A stretch of 63,808 bases of DNA, the filler included, from Globobulimina sp. (lineage: Eukaryota): the NCBI GenBank assembly GCA_003354225.1. It is 58 parts of 58 records of this genome, joined end to end, with 100 filler letters (N's around TTAATTAATTAA, not from the genome) between each part and the next. Parts side by side here need not be neighbours in the genome. Positions count along the whole stretch, not along the records: positions 34,171 to 35,172 come from PIVH01026147.1; positions 35,273 to 36,274 come from PIVH01026148.1; positions 36,375 to 37,376 come from PIVH01026149.1; positions 37,477 to 38,478 come from PIVH01026150.1; positions 38,579 to 39,580 come from PIVH01026151.1; positions 39,681 to 40,682 come from PIVH01026152.1; positions 40,783 to 41,784 come from PIVH01026153.1; positions 41,885 to 42,886 come from PIVH01026154.1; 50 more parts are not named here. The stretch is one strand, 5' to 3'. Each line of letters starts with the position of its first letter. Position 1 is the stretch's first letter. The notes beneath the pieces were generated by a model. That model saw only the letters and a list, made by a program, of their open reading frames with translations. It was not told the origin of the DNA and searched no databases. Position numbers and translations under genes: made by a program. Shown piece after piece: positions 34,888 through 46,625 of this stretch.

Positions 34888-35172
34888 ATGCGTGGACTTT
34901 CCAATATTTATACACCCGCAGAAGTTGATGATATGGATACATTATGGATCGGATGGCCAAGATATCAATACAAGGCAACTCAGTCTGCAACAAAAGTAGT
35001 TTTGAATATGATTAAAGAACTTTGCGGCGCGAAAAACGATAATAACAATATTGCATCAACAAGAATCATGGTACAAGTTCCAGCGGACATTTACAATGAT
35101 TCATTAGCAATATTAAGAGCTAACACATTGCGTTGAGAGACGGTATTGGAGCGACGTGAGATTGAAATTTTT
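34888..35172 (+). pseudogene. Agmatine/peptidylarginine deiminase-like N-terminus with an in-frame TGA
   Basis: YTPAEVDDMDTLWIGWP matches the PAEW....W..WP motif. TGA at 35134-35136; the frame continues as ETVLERREIEIF. Confidence 0.55.
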
Positions 35173-35459
35173 NNNNNNNNNNNNNNNNNNNNNNNNNNNN
35201 NNNNNNNNNNNNNNNNTTAATTAATTAANNNNNNNNNNNNNNNNNNNNNNNNNNNNNNNNNNNNNNNNNNNNATTTAATGAAGATGAATTGAAAAAAAAA
35301 GTGACATTTGAATTTTGGTTGTTTTTATCAACTGCTTTAGAATAAAATAAAAATAAAAATAATAAAAGTGATGATTGGGATTTGAACCCAAATCTTGTTC
35401 ATAAGATGCTTTCTTTCAGCTATCATCACATATTATTATTATTGTCGCCATTATTAATT

Positions 35460-36274
35460 TATACTTATTGTGGCTTTAATATTTGCGACAATTTTGTCCG
35501 ACAATGAGCCATCTGACGGCGCAAAGGCATAATTTGAAATTATTTTCTTTCCCTCCAAATCCATAATCTTTTGCAGAAAATGCATTGGTTTCCAGTTCTT
35601 TTCCTGCTCTTTGTCCAATAACATCGACGAGGATGTTCGCGGCGGCATTCCCTTGACATTCAAGCTCACTTTCTTGCTCTTGCTTTTTTTGCCACTCTTT
35701 GTATATCCGCGTTGACGCTGAGAATGCGGCGCCAAATATTTAATTAAATGGTGGTCCGCTTGGCTGTAACTCCGTTTTTTGTGTCTCCTCCGCAACTTAT
35801 TAACAGTGCCCCTCTCTTGAACCTTTTCCTCCTTTTCCTCCCTTTCCTCATTGCCAAAATTCAGCACATTCCGCAAAGTAACAGCTCTGTCACCGACCGC
35901 AGCGCCGTCAAACGGAGGGTTGGGAGGATTGGGAGTCAACGTCGGTTGGTCGAAGATTGGTTGCGGTGAAGCAGTCGGCGAATCTAATCGCGACAAAGGA
36001 GAGTTCCCCACAAAATATTGCGAGATCGATATGGGCGGTTTCAAGTTGTTGGCGCCGCCATCCTCCGCACCGACGGCGGTCTGCCTGCTTTGTGGCGGCG
36101 GACACGATATGTTGTTGCGAGCAGGAAAGGGAAAAAGGTGCCGATTGCTCATCGATTCGGACGCTTCGATCACGGGAGTTTGCACCGGCGACGCTTTCAA
36201 TATGTCATTCAGCGAAGGATGTGCATCCAAATCGAGATTGGTCACCGCCAACACACTTTTGTTCGACACTGAGA
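35460..36274 (-). CDS. Ser/Pro-rich exon, possibly preceding a CDP-alcohol phosphatidyltransferase domain
   Basis: Long GC-richer ORF. The end, ISNYAFAPSDGSLSDKI, loosely resembles the EPT1/CEPT1 N-terminal motif. Intron donor near 35464. Confidence 0.45.
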
Positions 36275-36396
36275 NNNNNNNNNNNNNNNNNNNNNNNNNN
36301 NNNNNNNNNNNNNNNNNNTTAATTAATTAANNNNNNNNNNNNNNNNNNNNNNNNNNNNNNNNNNNNNNNNNNNNCAAAAAAAACTCCTCATTTAAA

Positions 36397-37376
36397 ATGT
36401 TAATACCAAAAAAAACTCATTTAATCGGATCCATTGCAAATCCAATAAGTCGGGATCGCGACCGGTCGGTTATTAAAAAAGCAGCAAAAAAAATTAAATC
36501 TGCCGCAATATGCGGTGAAAAAAAGAGGAAAAAAATTAAAAATAAATCAAATAATAGAAAAAAAAGAAGAATTTTGGCAGATAAAAAAATGAAAGGAAAG
36601 GAGAAAAAAGAAGAAGAAGAAGAAGAAGATTATGAAGATTACGACATTGTAAATGTTAAAAAGCGAAATCATTTGAAGAAAAAAAGAGCCATCGATGACT
36701 CATCAGAGGAAGAACAAGAACAAGAACAAGAATTGAATGAATTAAATGTATTGAATGTAGCAATTGGCCGGAAAAGGAAAAGAGAAATAGAAATAAACGA
36801 TATTTGCGGCAGTAAAAAAAGGAAGTTTTGTGAGATATTTTCGGCGGATAACATTTCATTGGCAATCGCTTCATATTCAGACAACTCTCAATCTCAATTA
36901 ATGGGAGAAAGTGAGTGCGGTTTAATATGGAGCCGAAATAAGGAGCTGTTGTATCAAGAGATTCGTCGAGATATTGCCTGCCAATTTGTCTCCAAATATA
37001 AGAAAGAGACACTTTCCTCCGCCACAATTGCCAATGTGGTGTGTTTTGAATGCGGTTTGGATCCACCGGACATGGAATGGGAACTCTTACTTTGCGAATA
37101 TTGCACATCGCCGTCGGGAGCGGCCCATTGCAGCTGTCTGCGGCCGCCATATCACAGCGTGCCGGAAGGCAGTTGGGCGTGCCACCAATGCACAGAGCAA
37201 GTCGTCGCCAATGAATACAAAAGCGAATACGAACAAGTTTGCAAAGAGAAACACAAACAATTGCACAATAAATGGCAACTAAATCAAATGTCTCTCAACA
37301 AACGAAAATATAAATATAAATATCCTCGTTGTCGTCCTCGCGCTCCGCCGTTGCCGCCATTGCCACCATCGACCAT
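36397..37376 (+). CDS. PHD-finger nuclear protein, partial
   Basis: CFEC...LLLCEYC...HCSCLRPP..SVPEGSWACHQC (C4HC3), with K-rich and E-rich tracts. Confidence 0.85.
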
Positions 37377-37515
37377 NNNNNNNNNNNNNNNNNNNNNNNN
37401 NNNNNNNNNNNNNNNNNNNNTTAATTAATTAANNNNNNNNNNNNNNNNNNNNNNNNNNNNNNNNNNNNNNNNNNNNAAAGACACAGTTCATTGCATAAGT
37501 ATGCCACCGCAACAT

Positions 37516-37612
37516 TTCAGTTTCAAACTGAGCCGTTTTTCAAGCTGAAAAAAAAAGTTTCAAACAAAGTTTTTTTTTTTAGCTTGAAATTAATTTGAAG
37601 TTTGAAACTGAA
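37516..37612. repeat. Short nested palindromic element C
   Basis: Outer arms TTCAGTTTCAAACT/AGTTTGAAACTGAA; inner arms TTTCAAGCT-A-tract / T-tract-AGCTTGAAA. Confidence 0.6.
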
Positions 37613-37698
37613 GTAAAAATGTAATATACAGTGTGGTGGGGATAAAAACATTGAATGGTTTGACTTCATTTGGTGAGCCATCCAATTCTTGGGATAAT

Positions 37699-38478
37699 AT
37701 GGCAGATTGTCATGCGACTGACGATAGAATGATAATTTCGCAGTTACACAAAGAATTAGATTTAAACAAACAATATAATAAATTATTGGAAAAGACTGTC
37801 AATTCGTTACGACACAGCCACAATATCTATGATTTAAATCGGCAATGGATCGAATTAAAAAGAGATTTGAAGCCATTACCAAATTTTAACTCTATTAATA
37901 AACAGCAATATAAGCAGTATTTAAATAGAGTGCAAATCTTGAAAAATAGGCAGAAAAATAAACGATTGCAGGAGGATAAGGAAAGAAATAAACTTTTGTG
38001 CATTAGGTATGTTTTAATTTTAATTTTGCTTAAATTATGAAAGAATTTCCTATTTTTTTTATGCAACAAAGTGGTAAATCGAATGTTGAGACTGATAATA
38101 AAGAGATTGATGACATGGATGATAGTGACATATTATCGTCATTTAAACAGAAAGAAATTAAGAAAAAAAGGTATTTTTGTGTACAGAAGTTATTGGCTGG
38201 TTTGGATCAACAATTTGGAGAAATATATTCGTGTCCAAACATTGTGGATTTATGCAATAAAAATAAACAAAATAATATCACATATAAGCAAGAGCTCATT
38301 GGCAGGAATATAAAGTTACGGAATATTAAATTGCAATGTTGCGAGTTAGCGAAGCAATGTAAAGAAATTGAATCTAATTTTGATTTTAATGATGAAACGA
38401 AGGATGGAAATAATGATAATCTTCGTGTGTTGGGTCGTATTGACATCGAAGGACTTACAAACAACAAATATTCAATAA
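37699..38478 (+). CDS. Coiled-coil hypothetical protein; intron 38007-38071
   Basis: A 65-nt GTATGT...AAG intron joins the two ORFs in frame. Confidence 0.6.
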
Positions 38479-38578
38479 NNNNNNNNNNNNNNNNNNNNNN
38501 NNNNNNNNNNNNNNNNNNNNNNTTAATTAATTAANNNNNNNNNNNNNNNNNNNNNNNNNNNNNNNNNNNNNNNNNNNN

Positions 38579-39089
38579 CTTTAATTATTACTCTGAGTCC
38601 TAATGATTGTAAATGAAAGATATAAAAATGCATTGTATCAAATAAATTGATAAAAAAATGATTATTTGCATTATTATCATCTGCGTCCTCTCTATTTCTA
38701 TAATGTCTTTTTGTCCATTTACAGTCATTCATATTTGCACATATTTCAATATTATCGTATTTTGCTAAATCAGTACTAATTTTATTTAATGTTTCAGTCT
38801 CGCAATGTTTTGTCATTAAATGGATATAATCCGACAAACACATTAAATATGCATTGCTACAAAATTCAATAAATATTGCTTCTGAGTTCGCATTTGAGTT
38901 TTTACCACATAATAATACATAATATCGTAAGGCATATGCTATCCGTAATAAATGATCACAATTTTTTATTATTTCATCGTCTTCCTCACTGCAATTACAT
39001 TCTGTTGTGTTTGTTTTAAATATTGTAAAATCAAGCTCCTTGTTTTGAGCAACTGTAGTTTTTGCTTTGTTTGTTTGTTTGTTTCCCAT
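38579..39089 (-). CDS. Putatively N-myristoylated (MGNKQT) lineage-specific protein, partial
   Basis: MG start; C.HL.RI...L..Y, DYIHL...H and FDTMHFYIFH. A related DSLHTYIYH motif occurs at about 33896-33922. Confidence 0.65.
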
Positions 39090-39680
39090 TGTAAAATGGG
39101 CTCAGAAAAAAAACTTTGGCATTGAAATTTAGCGCGGAGTTGAACTATTTGAGAAAGTATGGTTTACATTGACAACAATAGTTTGTCCATATATCCTTCC
39201 TATCCTTGTTTCCACATTGTTGCATAATGATATATTGGAGTATGTGACTGATGCTTGTTGGGAGTGAGACTGTAAGAATACGTTGAAGATGAATTAGATG
39301 ATGCAATTAAAACTGTTAAAGCAAAGACATGATGATAACAAGAATCCATGTTCAACTGAGTGAAAATTGTGTTTATGAGAATCAAGATTTCTTCTTTCTT
39401 GCTTTGGCTTTTATTTGGCGATCTAAATTTGCCAAAAATAACATGAAACCTTGAATGCATCCCCAAATAAATAATCCTAAAATAAAAAAAAAATTAATCC
39501 ATGGAAATTGAAATAAAATACAAGATACACCGCCGACGACCCATAAATAAAATATCCCAATCATTACATAGAAACAATAANNNNNNNNNNNNNNNNNNNN
39601 NNNNNNNNNNNNNNNNNNNNNNNNTTAATTAATTAANNNNNNNNNNNNNNNNNNNNNNNNNNNNNNNNNNNNNNNNNNNN

Positions 39681-40486
39681 GCATAATTGTATGACGCAGC
39701 ATGTTTAATTTGTTGGATTGCTTTGGAAACACTAATTTTTCCAAGCAAAGGCAATTTATTATCGTGCAAATGTGAAACTAATTCAGTGTCAACAAAACCA
39801 GGCAATGTCACCGTAACTCCGATATTATAATCATGCAATGTGGAGCGTAAATTTTCTGCCAATGCCATCAATCCATGTTTTGATGCTGAATAAAATGGAA
39901 ATAATTTGTGTGGAGTGAGACCTGCGATCGATGCATTGATTACAATGTGTCCGTGTTTTCTATGTATCATTCTTGGAATGATTGGTAATATGGTATTTAA
40001 CACACCATTTATATTTACATCAAACGTTTTATAGGCACCTGATATTATATTGTTATGCAAATCGGATCGATATCCCGCATTTGCAAAGATTAAATCAAAT
40101 GGTTTTTTATTGTCACATTCTTGAATGATTTGTTTCATTTTATTTTTGTCTGTCACATCACAGGAATATGTTTCGACATTGTTACAACCATTAAATATGC
40201 ATTTTGTACGAGCTTCTTTTAATTTATCAGCCCGTCTGGCAATTAATACTAATCTTGGAGCTGGTTTCTGTGATGCCAGCTCCAAAGCAAATTGTAAGCC
40301 AATTCCAGACGATGCGCCTGTGATGCAAATTGATCCGAAGACTTTGGGTTTGGATATAAAATATTGATATGATAATGATATCAATTCAAACGGCAAAGAA
40401 AGTAGCTGTAAGGCAATCGTTAGTATTTTTAGAATTAGTAATTGTAATACTTCAGAAATAAAACCCAGAATTATTGACGCTGCCAT
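39681..40486 (-). CDS. Membrane-anchored short-chain dehydrogenase/reductase, partial
   Basis: ITGASSGIG, FANAG, catalytic YSASK and LPGFVDT, with an N-terminal TM helix. Confidence 0.92.
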
Positions 40487-41885
40487 GATTAGATCTATAC
40501 TAAGATTGGTCGGGTATTCGTTCTTGAACTTTCGCAGTTACGGAGTTACGTCCAAATTCAACGAGATCTCCATCCAAACCAATATATCTCCATCTAAACA
40601 CACCGCGTGTTTAAACAATTTGGATCCTATGGATATACATGCAGTGCAAGGATAATGTATACAATTTCAAAAGAAAAGTGTTNNNNNNNNNNNNNNNNNN
40701 NNNNNNNNNNNNNNNNNNNNNNNNNNTTAATTAATTAANNNNNNNNNNNNNNNNNNNNNNNNNNNNNNNNNNNNNNNNNNNNATTGATTACATTCAATTT
40801 ATACACAAAACACAATCACACAGAATAATGACTGGAACCGCGACCGCAATTGATGAGTAATTATAAAATTATGAATTATAAATTACAATGAAATTGGATG
40901 CCTATTCAAATTAACAGTTAATTTTTATTTCTTTTTGTTTTCCATACAATGAAGGGATGACAAAACTGTTCCTCTCACTGGACGTCAAATGTAGACTTAA
41001 AACAACGCGTTAGAATCTGATACATGTACAAGAATATAATATGTATTTTTTTGTATTTCTATGCGCATATTTACTTATTTCTGCCTCTTTTATTATGACA
41101 GACTCCCTGCAGATGATTACAATCAGCGATCGATCAAAACAATACAAAACAAAGCCGTATGTTTTATAATTTCATTTCTTACAAAATACAAAATGATGAA
41201 CTTCTAAGACTCCCTTGATAAACAATGAAAAATTAAACAAACAATTTTGATTGAACCGTTTTTTTATTTATGGGCATAAAATGAGAAAAATCTGGAAAAT
41301 TCTCATTAAATATATAATATTTAGATGGATTTAAAGGTATTATATGTACGTTTTTAAGTTTGCATATTGTAGTGTTTCTTATGTTTATTTAATTCATTTT
41401 TTACAAAACAATAAATCTATCCATTTTGCATGAATTTATCCGTTGGGAAAAGCGAATTTTTTGAGCTTCCCATGGGTTTTGTTTACTAGTTGTCCAGATC
41501 CATTCTAGTCTGAAAACAATTGAGGCTCTTAAAACAAAAATAAAATAAAAACGTTGCTATATATACAGGAGTATAGGATTTTTACCTATCATGGGATGGG
41601 TGGGGAAGCAATTTCGTCTCCCTAGATAGTATCTAACTATAATGTGCATATTCATACTTTTTTTCTTTTTTTTTATTTTTGTTTTAATCCTCAATTGTAT
41701 CGCACTTCTTGAAAAAACTTAAGAAAGGACTCAAATCGCACATAAATGAAGATCAAGATCTTATACTAAAATACATAATAAACTNNNNNNNNNNNNNNNN
41801 NNNNNNNNNNNNNNNNNNNNNNNNNNNNTTAATTAATTAANNNNNNNNNNNNNNNNNNNNNNNNNNNNNNNNNNNNNNNNNNNNA

Positions 41886-42886
41886 ACTTTATTGGAACCA
41901 ATGCAATCGAAATATGATCCATTTCAAGTCGAATGTTTATGGGATAAATCGTGGGAAAACCGCGGATATTATAAACCGAAAATAAATTCAGAAAAAAAAG
42001 ATGCCAATCAATCTAACTTTGTAATGGTAATCCCGCCGCCAAATGTGACCGGTTCATTGCATTTAGGCCATGCCTTAATGGCCACCATTGAAGATACCAT
42101 CATTCGTTACTGGCGAATGAAGGGCAAAAATTGTCTATGGCTCCCTGGCACTGATCATGCTGGAATTGCTACGCAAACAGTGGTGGAAAGACGGTTGGCA
42201 AAGCAAGGCAAAACCAGACACGATTTAGGTATATTCATATTGTCCACCCTCACTTTTTTTGGTTGTATTTAGAAGCTTTGTTTTGTGAAATTTTGAAGGG
42301 AGAGAAGCGTTTTTGAGCGAAATCTGGAAATGGAAGAATGAGAAAGGAGGGAAAATCTGCAGTCAGTTGCGCAAAATGGGATGTTCAGTGGATTGGAGCC
42401 GTGAGGTTTTTACCATGGACGCCAAATTAACCACAGCTGTGACCGAAGCATTTGTGCGGTTATATAACGATGGATATATTTACAGAGACAACAGATTATG
42501 TCATTGGTCGTGTTCGTTACAATCGGCAATATCTGATGTTGAAATTGACAAAATTGAAATTGCGAAAAAAACTTATCTTCGCGTGCCAGGTATTAATATT
42601 TTATGTTTTGCAACCAATCAAAAATATTTTTTTTGGCTTCCAACTGGAAAATATTCAATTTGATTTCGTTTGAAACTGAATAGATTTTTGCGTCACAAAT
42701 AATTTTTCAGTTTGAAACTGAAATATGTTTTTTTTTGTACACAGGATACGATAAGAAAATTGCATTTGGAATTATCCATAAATTCGGATATCGCGTGATC
42801 GACTCTGACGAGATTGTCATTGTAGCCACCACGCGCTTAGAGACCATGTTAGGTGACACCGCAGTGGCTGTGCACCCAAACGATGA
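41886..42886 (+). CDS. VARS: Valyl-tRNA synthetase fragment, three exons (introns 42229-42298 and 42590-42744)
   Basis: [15 protein letters not shown] (HIGH motif), [18 protein letters not shown] and [19 protein letters not shown]. Both phase-1 GT-AG introns restore the frame. Confidence 0.96.
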
Positions 42887-42986
42887 NNNNNNNNNNNNNN
42901 NNNNNNNNNNNNNNNNNNNNNNNNNNNNNNTTAATTAATTAANNNNNNNNNNNNNNNNNNNNNNNNNNNNNNNNNNNNNNNNNNNN

Positions 42987-43320
42987 AACTCCCAGAAATA
43001 TTTTTATAGCATCAGGATAATAAAAATTACTGTCTCCAGCCCAAGCCGACCAAGTCGACGATTGCGTTTGTGTTGCAATCAACCAATTTGTATACCTATT
43101 TTGGAAGTACTCTTCCCGCCGTCAGTTAATTGAATAGCAGCCTGTAAGTCGGCGATAACTAATCCATGTTGAGCTTGCGTGTCTAATTTGACTCGAACAG
43201 CATCAAAATCATAACACTGGCCCAATCTGTGCATTTTTCAACTCCATTATACTGAGAATTGCCGGCTGCGCTATTTGCATCATCTGTCAATTGAATGCAA
43301 ATAGTTATTGTGACTGGTAT
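42987..43320 (-). pseudogene. Frameshifted repeat-domain gene (IQLTD...W...D.D motif twice)
   Basis: ICIQLTDD...CTDWAS, YDFDAVRVKL...AIQLTDGG and YTNW...WSAWAGDSNFYYPDAIKIFL are not in one continuous frame. Confidence 0.4.
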
Positions 43321-43482
43321 TGTTATTTTGTTGCGTATAGTCCGTATACTTCTGTTGAGTGGGAAATGCGAATAAAGCGAAGTACACTACATTACGTCTA
43401 CATAATTATAAACAACACATGACACAAACACAAACTACACAAGGCAACAATTCTAATTACACAATTATTAAAGTTTAACTCC

Positions 43483-43988
43483 TCACCAATTTATTGCCAC
43501 ATTCATTTGAACTTTCCTTTGTATAAATTTATTTTCCTTTCTACAAATCATAAGCTCCGCATTATTTGCACGCAAATTATCCACCAAAAATGTAGTCAAC
43601 TCATCGACCTCTAACTCTTTGGGTGCCTGCAATTTCGAATCCAAATTATACCAAACCCCGTTTATCTGTTTTATAGCAATCCAATGCCGCCGACTCAACA
43701 TTTTAAACATTGCTTTTTGTGGATTATTCAATATAAATCCAACAAGTCTTTTCTTTTCGCCTTTTAAATATCGCAAAAAAGTGCCATCATTTAAATCAAA
43801 CTCATTTGCTTTCCGCGCATCGAACCATTCGACCTCAATATTAGTTTTAGTCAACGCCATCATCAATACATTGGCGTCGTAGTTCCCGGTTTGCAACACA
43901 GACTTATGCGGATTGATTAACTTATTCGGCGCCAATTCTTTACAAATCTCATTCATACTTTTGATCGAAAATTCTTTTTTCTGCAACA
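43483..43988 (-). CDS. Josephin-domain deubiquitinase, C-terminal part
   Basis: NPHKS..TGNYDANVLM.AL, WFD.R and RHWIAIKQINGVWYNLDSKL. Confidence 0.92.
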
Positions 43989-44088
43989 NNNNNNNNNNNN
44001 NNNNNNNNNNNNNNNNNNNNNNNNNNNNNNNNTTAATTAATTAANNNNNNNNNNNNNNNNNNNNNNNNNNNNNNNNNNNNNNNNNNNN

Positions 44089-44183
44089 AAGTAGTCTTTG
44101 CTATGACAAAGAGGTCGGCAAAAGTAGTCTTTGCTATGACAAAGAGGTCGGCAAAAGTAGTCTTTGCTATGACAAAGAGGTCG
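44089..44183. repeat. 33-bp tandem repeat with internal hairpin, about 3 copies, truncated by the contig start
   Basis: Unit AAAAGTAGTCTTTGCTATGACAAAGAGGTCGGC, containing a TCTTTG/CAAAGA stem. Confidence 0.9.
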
Positions 44184-44236
44184 AATTATAATCGGATATT
44201 TTTTGAATTATGATTGTCGTCATGAGTAAATAAATT

Positions 44237-44416
44237 ATGAATCAATTCGCAGAATTAATATTACAACTTTTCTTACTATCAACAAGTTACATATTAGATA
44301 TTCTAACGCAACAAATTTCATTTTCAATCAATAACATTTTAGTTGTAATCTCATTCATTATTGGATTTTGTTGCGGTCGTAGAAAAACAACAAGAAGAAG
44401 AAGCCTCGTATTGTAA
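44237..44416 (+). CDS. 59-aa small membrane protein with a basic tail (not in the ORF track)
   Basis: MNQFAELILQ...ILVVISFIIGFCCGRRKTTRRRSLVL*: TM helix, CC, then Arg-rich tail. Confidence 0.45.
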   Translation: MNQFAELILQLFLLSTSYILDILTQQISFSINNILVVISFIIGFCCGRRKTTRRRSLVL

Positions 44417-44437
44417 AGAAGAAGCCTCATATTGCAA

Positions 44438-44758
44438 ATGACTCAACCAAGGAGCAAAGTCTATGTTTCAGAGCGTATTGGTGCCATTTATGAATCGTTG
44501 CATTATAGTGACAAAGAAAAAATTGAGCGGCAAATTAGATCAGGTATTCGTCGCTTGGAAATTGGTTCGTCTGTAGATATTACATTGCGCATATCAAGCA
44601 AAATTTACATTGATAGTCAATGCAAATACATTGGGCGGAGAATGGAAAACAATGAAGACTTTGCCATTATAAAAGTAATGGCTTTAAGAGATTGTAAATT
44701 GAATGATGAAACTTTAGAGCACGTTGCTCCAGTATTTTTTTTAACAAAAATTGATTAA
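44438..44758 (+). CDS. Small hypothetical protein
   Basis: Complete ATG-to-TAA ORF 21 bp after the previous ORF. Confidence 0.5.
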   Translation: MTQPRSKVYVSERIGAIYESLHYSDKEKIERQIRSGIRRLEIGSSVDITLRISSKIYIDSQCKYIGRRMENNEDFAIIKVMALRDCKLNDETLEHVAPVFFLTKID

Positions 44759-44975
44759 ATTGTTTAACTTAAATTGTTTAACTTAAATTAAAAACGTTTC
44801 TCGGAAAAAATGGAATTTGTCACAAGATCACATAGATTTCACAAGTGATGATTGTGATGTCTTTTTGCGGTGATAGAATTTGTCAACCACCAACAAGTAC
44901 CACCAACAAGTACCACCAACAAGTACCACATAGATTTCACATAGATTTCATTATTAAAAAAATACGTGCGAACAT

Positions 44976-45090
44976 GGAAGGGATGAAAAAACTGACCTCT
45001 TCCTTGGAAGGAAGGGATGAAAAAACTGACCTCTTCCTTGGAAGGAAGGGATGAAAAAACTGACCTCTTACTTGGAAGGAAGGGATGAAA
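44976..45090. repeat. 34-bp tandem repeat, more than 3 copies, running off the contig
   Basis: GGAAGGGATGAAAAAACTGACCTCTTCCTTGGAA starting at 44976, 45010, 45044 and 45078. Confidence 0.9.
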
Positions 45091-45190
45091 NNNNNNNNNN
45101 NNNNNNNNNNNNNNNNNNNNNNNNNNNNNNNNNNTTAATTAATTAANNNNNNNNNNNNNNNNNNNNNNNNNNNNNNNNNNNNNNNNNNNN

Positions 45191-45541
45191 AAGGTACTGA
45201 TGTTCGCATCGGATGTGGTAGTGCTAAATCCAGAGAAACAGCTATTTATTGATGAGAAATGGTGTGATGTATTTGCCGCACATTTTAATTATGCACAGTC
45301 GCATTATCAAATGATAGAAATCACATTGGCGTATTGGGATGTTGCGATTAATAAATTATTTTGTTTAAATTGTATCCCATTTGGTAACTCAAAGGAGAAT
45401 ATAACAAATGACCATTTATCGGTTGATATTGGATTAAAGAAATTAATGACTATGGACATTGAGGACGAGTTGGATTTGGAAATGAAAAGTAAAGCTACGC
45501 ATTTAATGAATCTCATACAAAATACTCATATTGGATTGTAA
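45191..45541 (+). CDS. Hypothetical protein C-terminus
   Basis: ORF from the contig start to a stop, 74 bp upstream of the next gene. Confidence 0.5.
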   Translation, partial: KVLMFASDVVVLNPEKQLFIDEKWCDVFAAHFNYAQSHYQMIEITLAYWDVAINKLFCLNCIPFGNSKENITNDHLSVDIGLKKLMTMDIEDELDLEMKSKATHLMNLIQNTHIGL

Positions 45542-45615
45542 TCTATTTATATCCTCCTCCTTGTGTTCCTAAATCCTAATCTCCGGTGCTCACTAAAAAA
45601 AACCTTACAAAAAAT

Positions 45616-46192
45616 ATGGCCGAATTGTGGGAGCAAATACTTGTAGTTGTTATGTTGTTTGTGATGATATGTGCATTAGCATCAGCAGTGGATGTATCTG
45701 CGTTTATTGAAAAATTAAAAAAACCAAAAGGTATCGCAATCGGTTTACTTTGTCAATATGGCTTTTTACCATTAATGGGATACATTTTGTGCCTTATCTT
45801 TAATTTTGATTATGAAACATCAATGGCATTGATTCTAACAGCAACATGTCCAGGTGGTGTTTTGTCCAATTTTTTTGCGTTTACCATTGGAGCGGATCTT
45901 CCGTTGTCTGTAGCAATGACAACAGCATCCTCTATTTTAGCATTCGCTTTTATTCCATTAAATTGTTTTTTATACATTCAATTAGGATTAGAAAAAGGTG
46001 ATAGTGTCGAAATTGATTGGCTTGGTTTATTTATTTCAACCATTGTCCTAATATTTGGTATTGTTGTTGGTTTATTTATTGCGTGGAAAAAAATCGTTAT
46101 TGCACAAAAAATTTTAGCACCATTAGCAACATTATTTATCCTCATAGTTATTGTTGTAGCATTTTATGATAACCTTACTTCCGACTATCCAT
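45616..46192 (+). CDS. SLC10/BASS bile-acid:sodium symporter, partial
   Basis: KPKGIAIGLLCQYGFLPL, TCPGGVLSN and DLPLSVAMTTASS. Confidence 0.92.
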
Positions 46193-46294
46193 NNNNNNNN
46201 NNNNNNNNNNNNNNNNNNNNNNNNNNNNNNNNNNNNTTAATTAATTAANNNNNNNNNNNNNNNNNNNNNNNNNNNNNNNNNNNNNNNNNNNNCT

Positions 46295-46625
46295 ATTAAA
46301 GCAGATAATATTATGGGTGCTTGTATCGATGTGTTCCATAAAAACCCAGAGCATCAACGTAGAATTTTACGTGACCCCAAAAATCTTCCTTGGAAAGCTA
46401 AAATCCAACTTGGCCCAGAAGTGTTAGAATTGAATATCGCTGCAATTGTAGGTGCTAATGGGACTTATTATGGTGCGCTTGCAACATGGTCTGTGATTAC
46501 AAACCAAGTGAATGTTGAGCAAGCCGTGACAGAAACCGTTAATGAAATATTGAGCGATAGTGCGACCCTTAAGTCTCAATCAAATAATATGTCAACAACG
46601 TCAAATCAAAATATCAGCACAGCAA
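46295..46625 (+). CDS. Bacterial methyl-accepting chemotaxis protein fragment (Aer2-type PAS plus start of the signalling helix)
   Basis: IDVFHKNPEHQRRIL.DP.NLP..AKIQLG...G.Y.G...TWSVIT is the characteristic PAS of Aer2-like chemoreceptors. Confidence 0.75.

Noticed and set aside
40783-41784. ORF-free contig examined for ncRNA
   Set aside because: AT-rich intergenic-like sequence with no recognisable structure or repeat.
44089-44183. 33-bp hairpin repeats as a CRISPR array
   Set aside because: Head-to-tail units without spacers.
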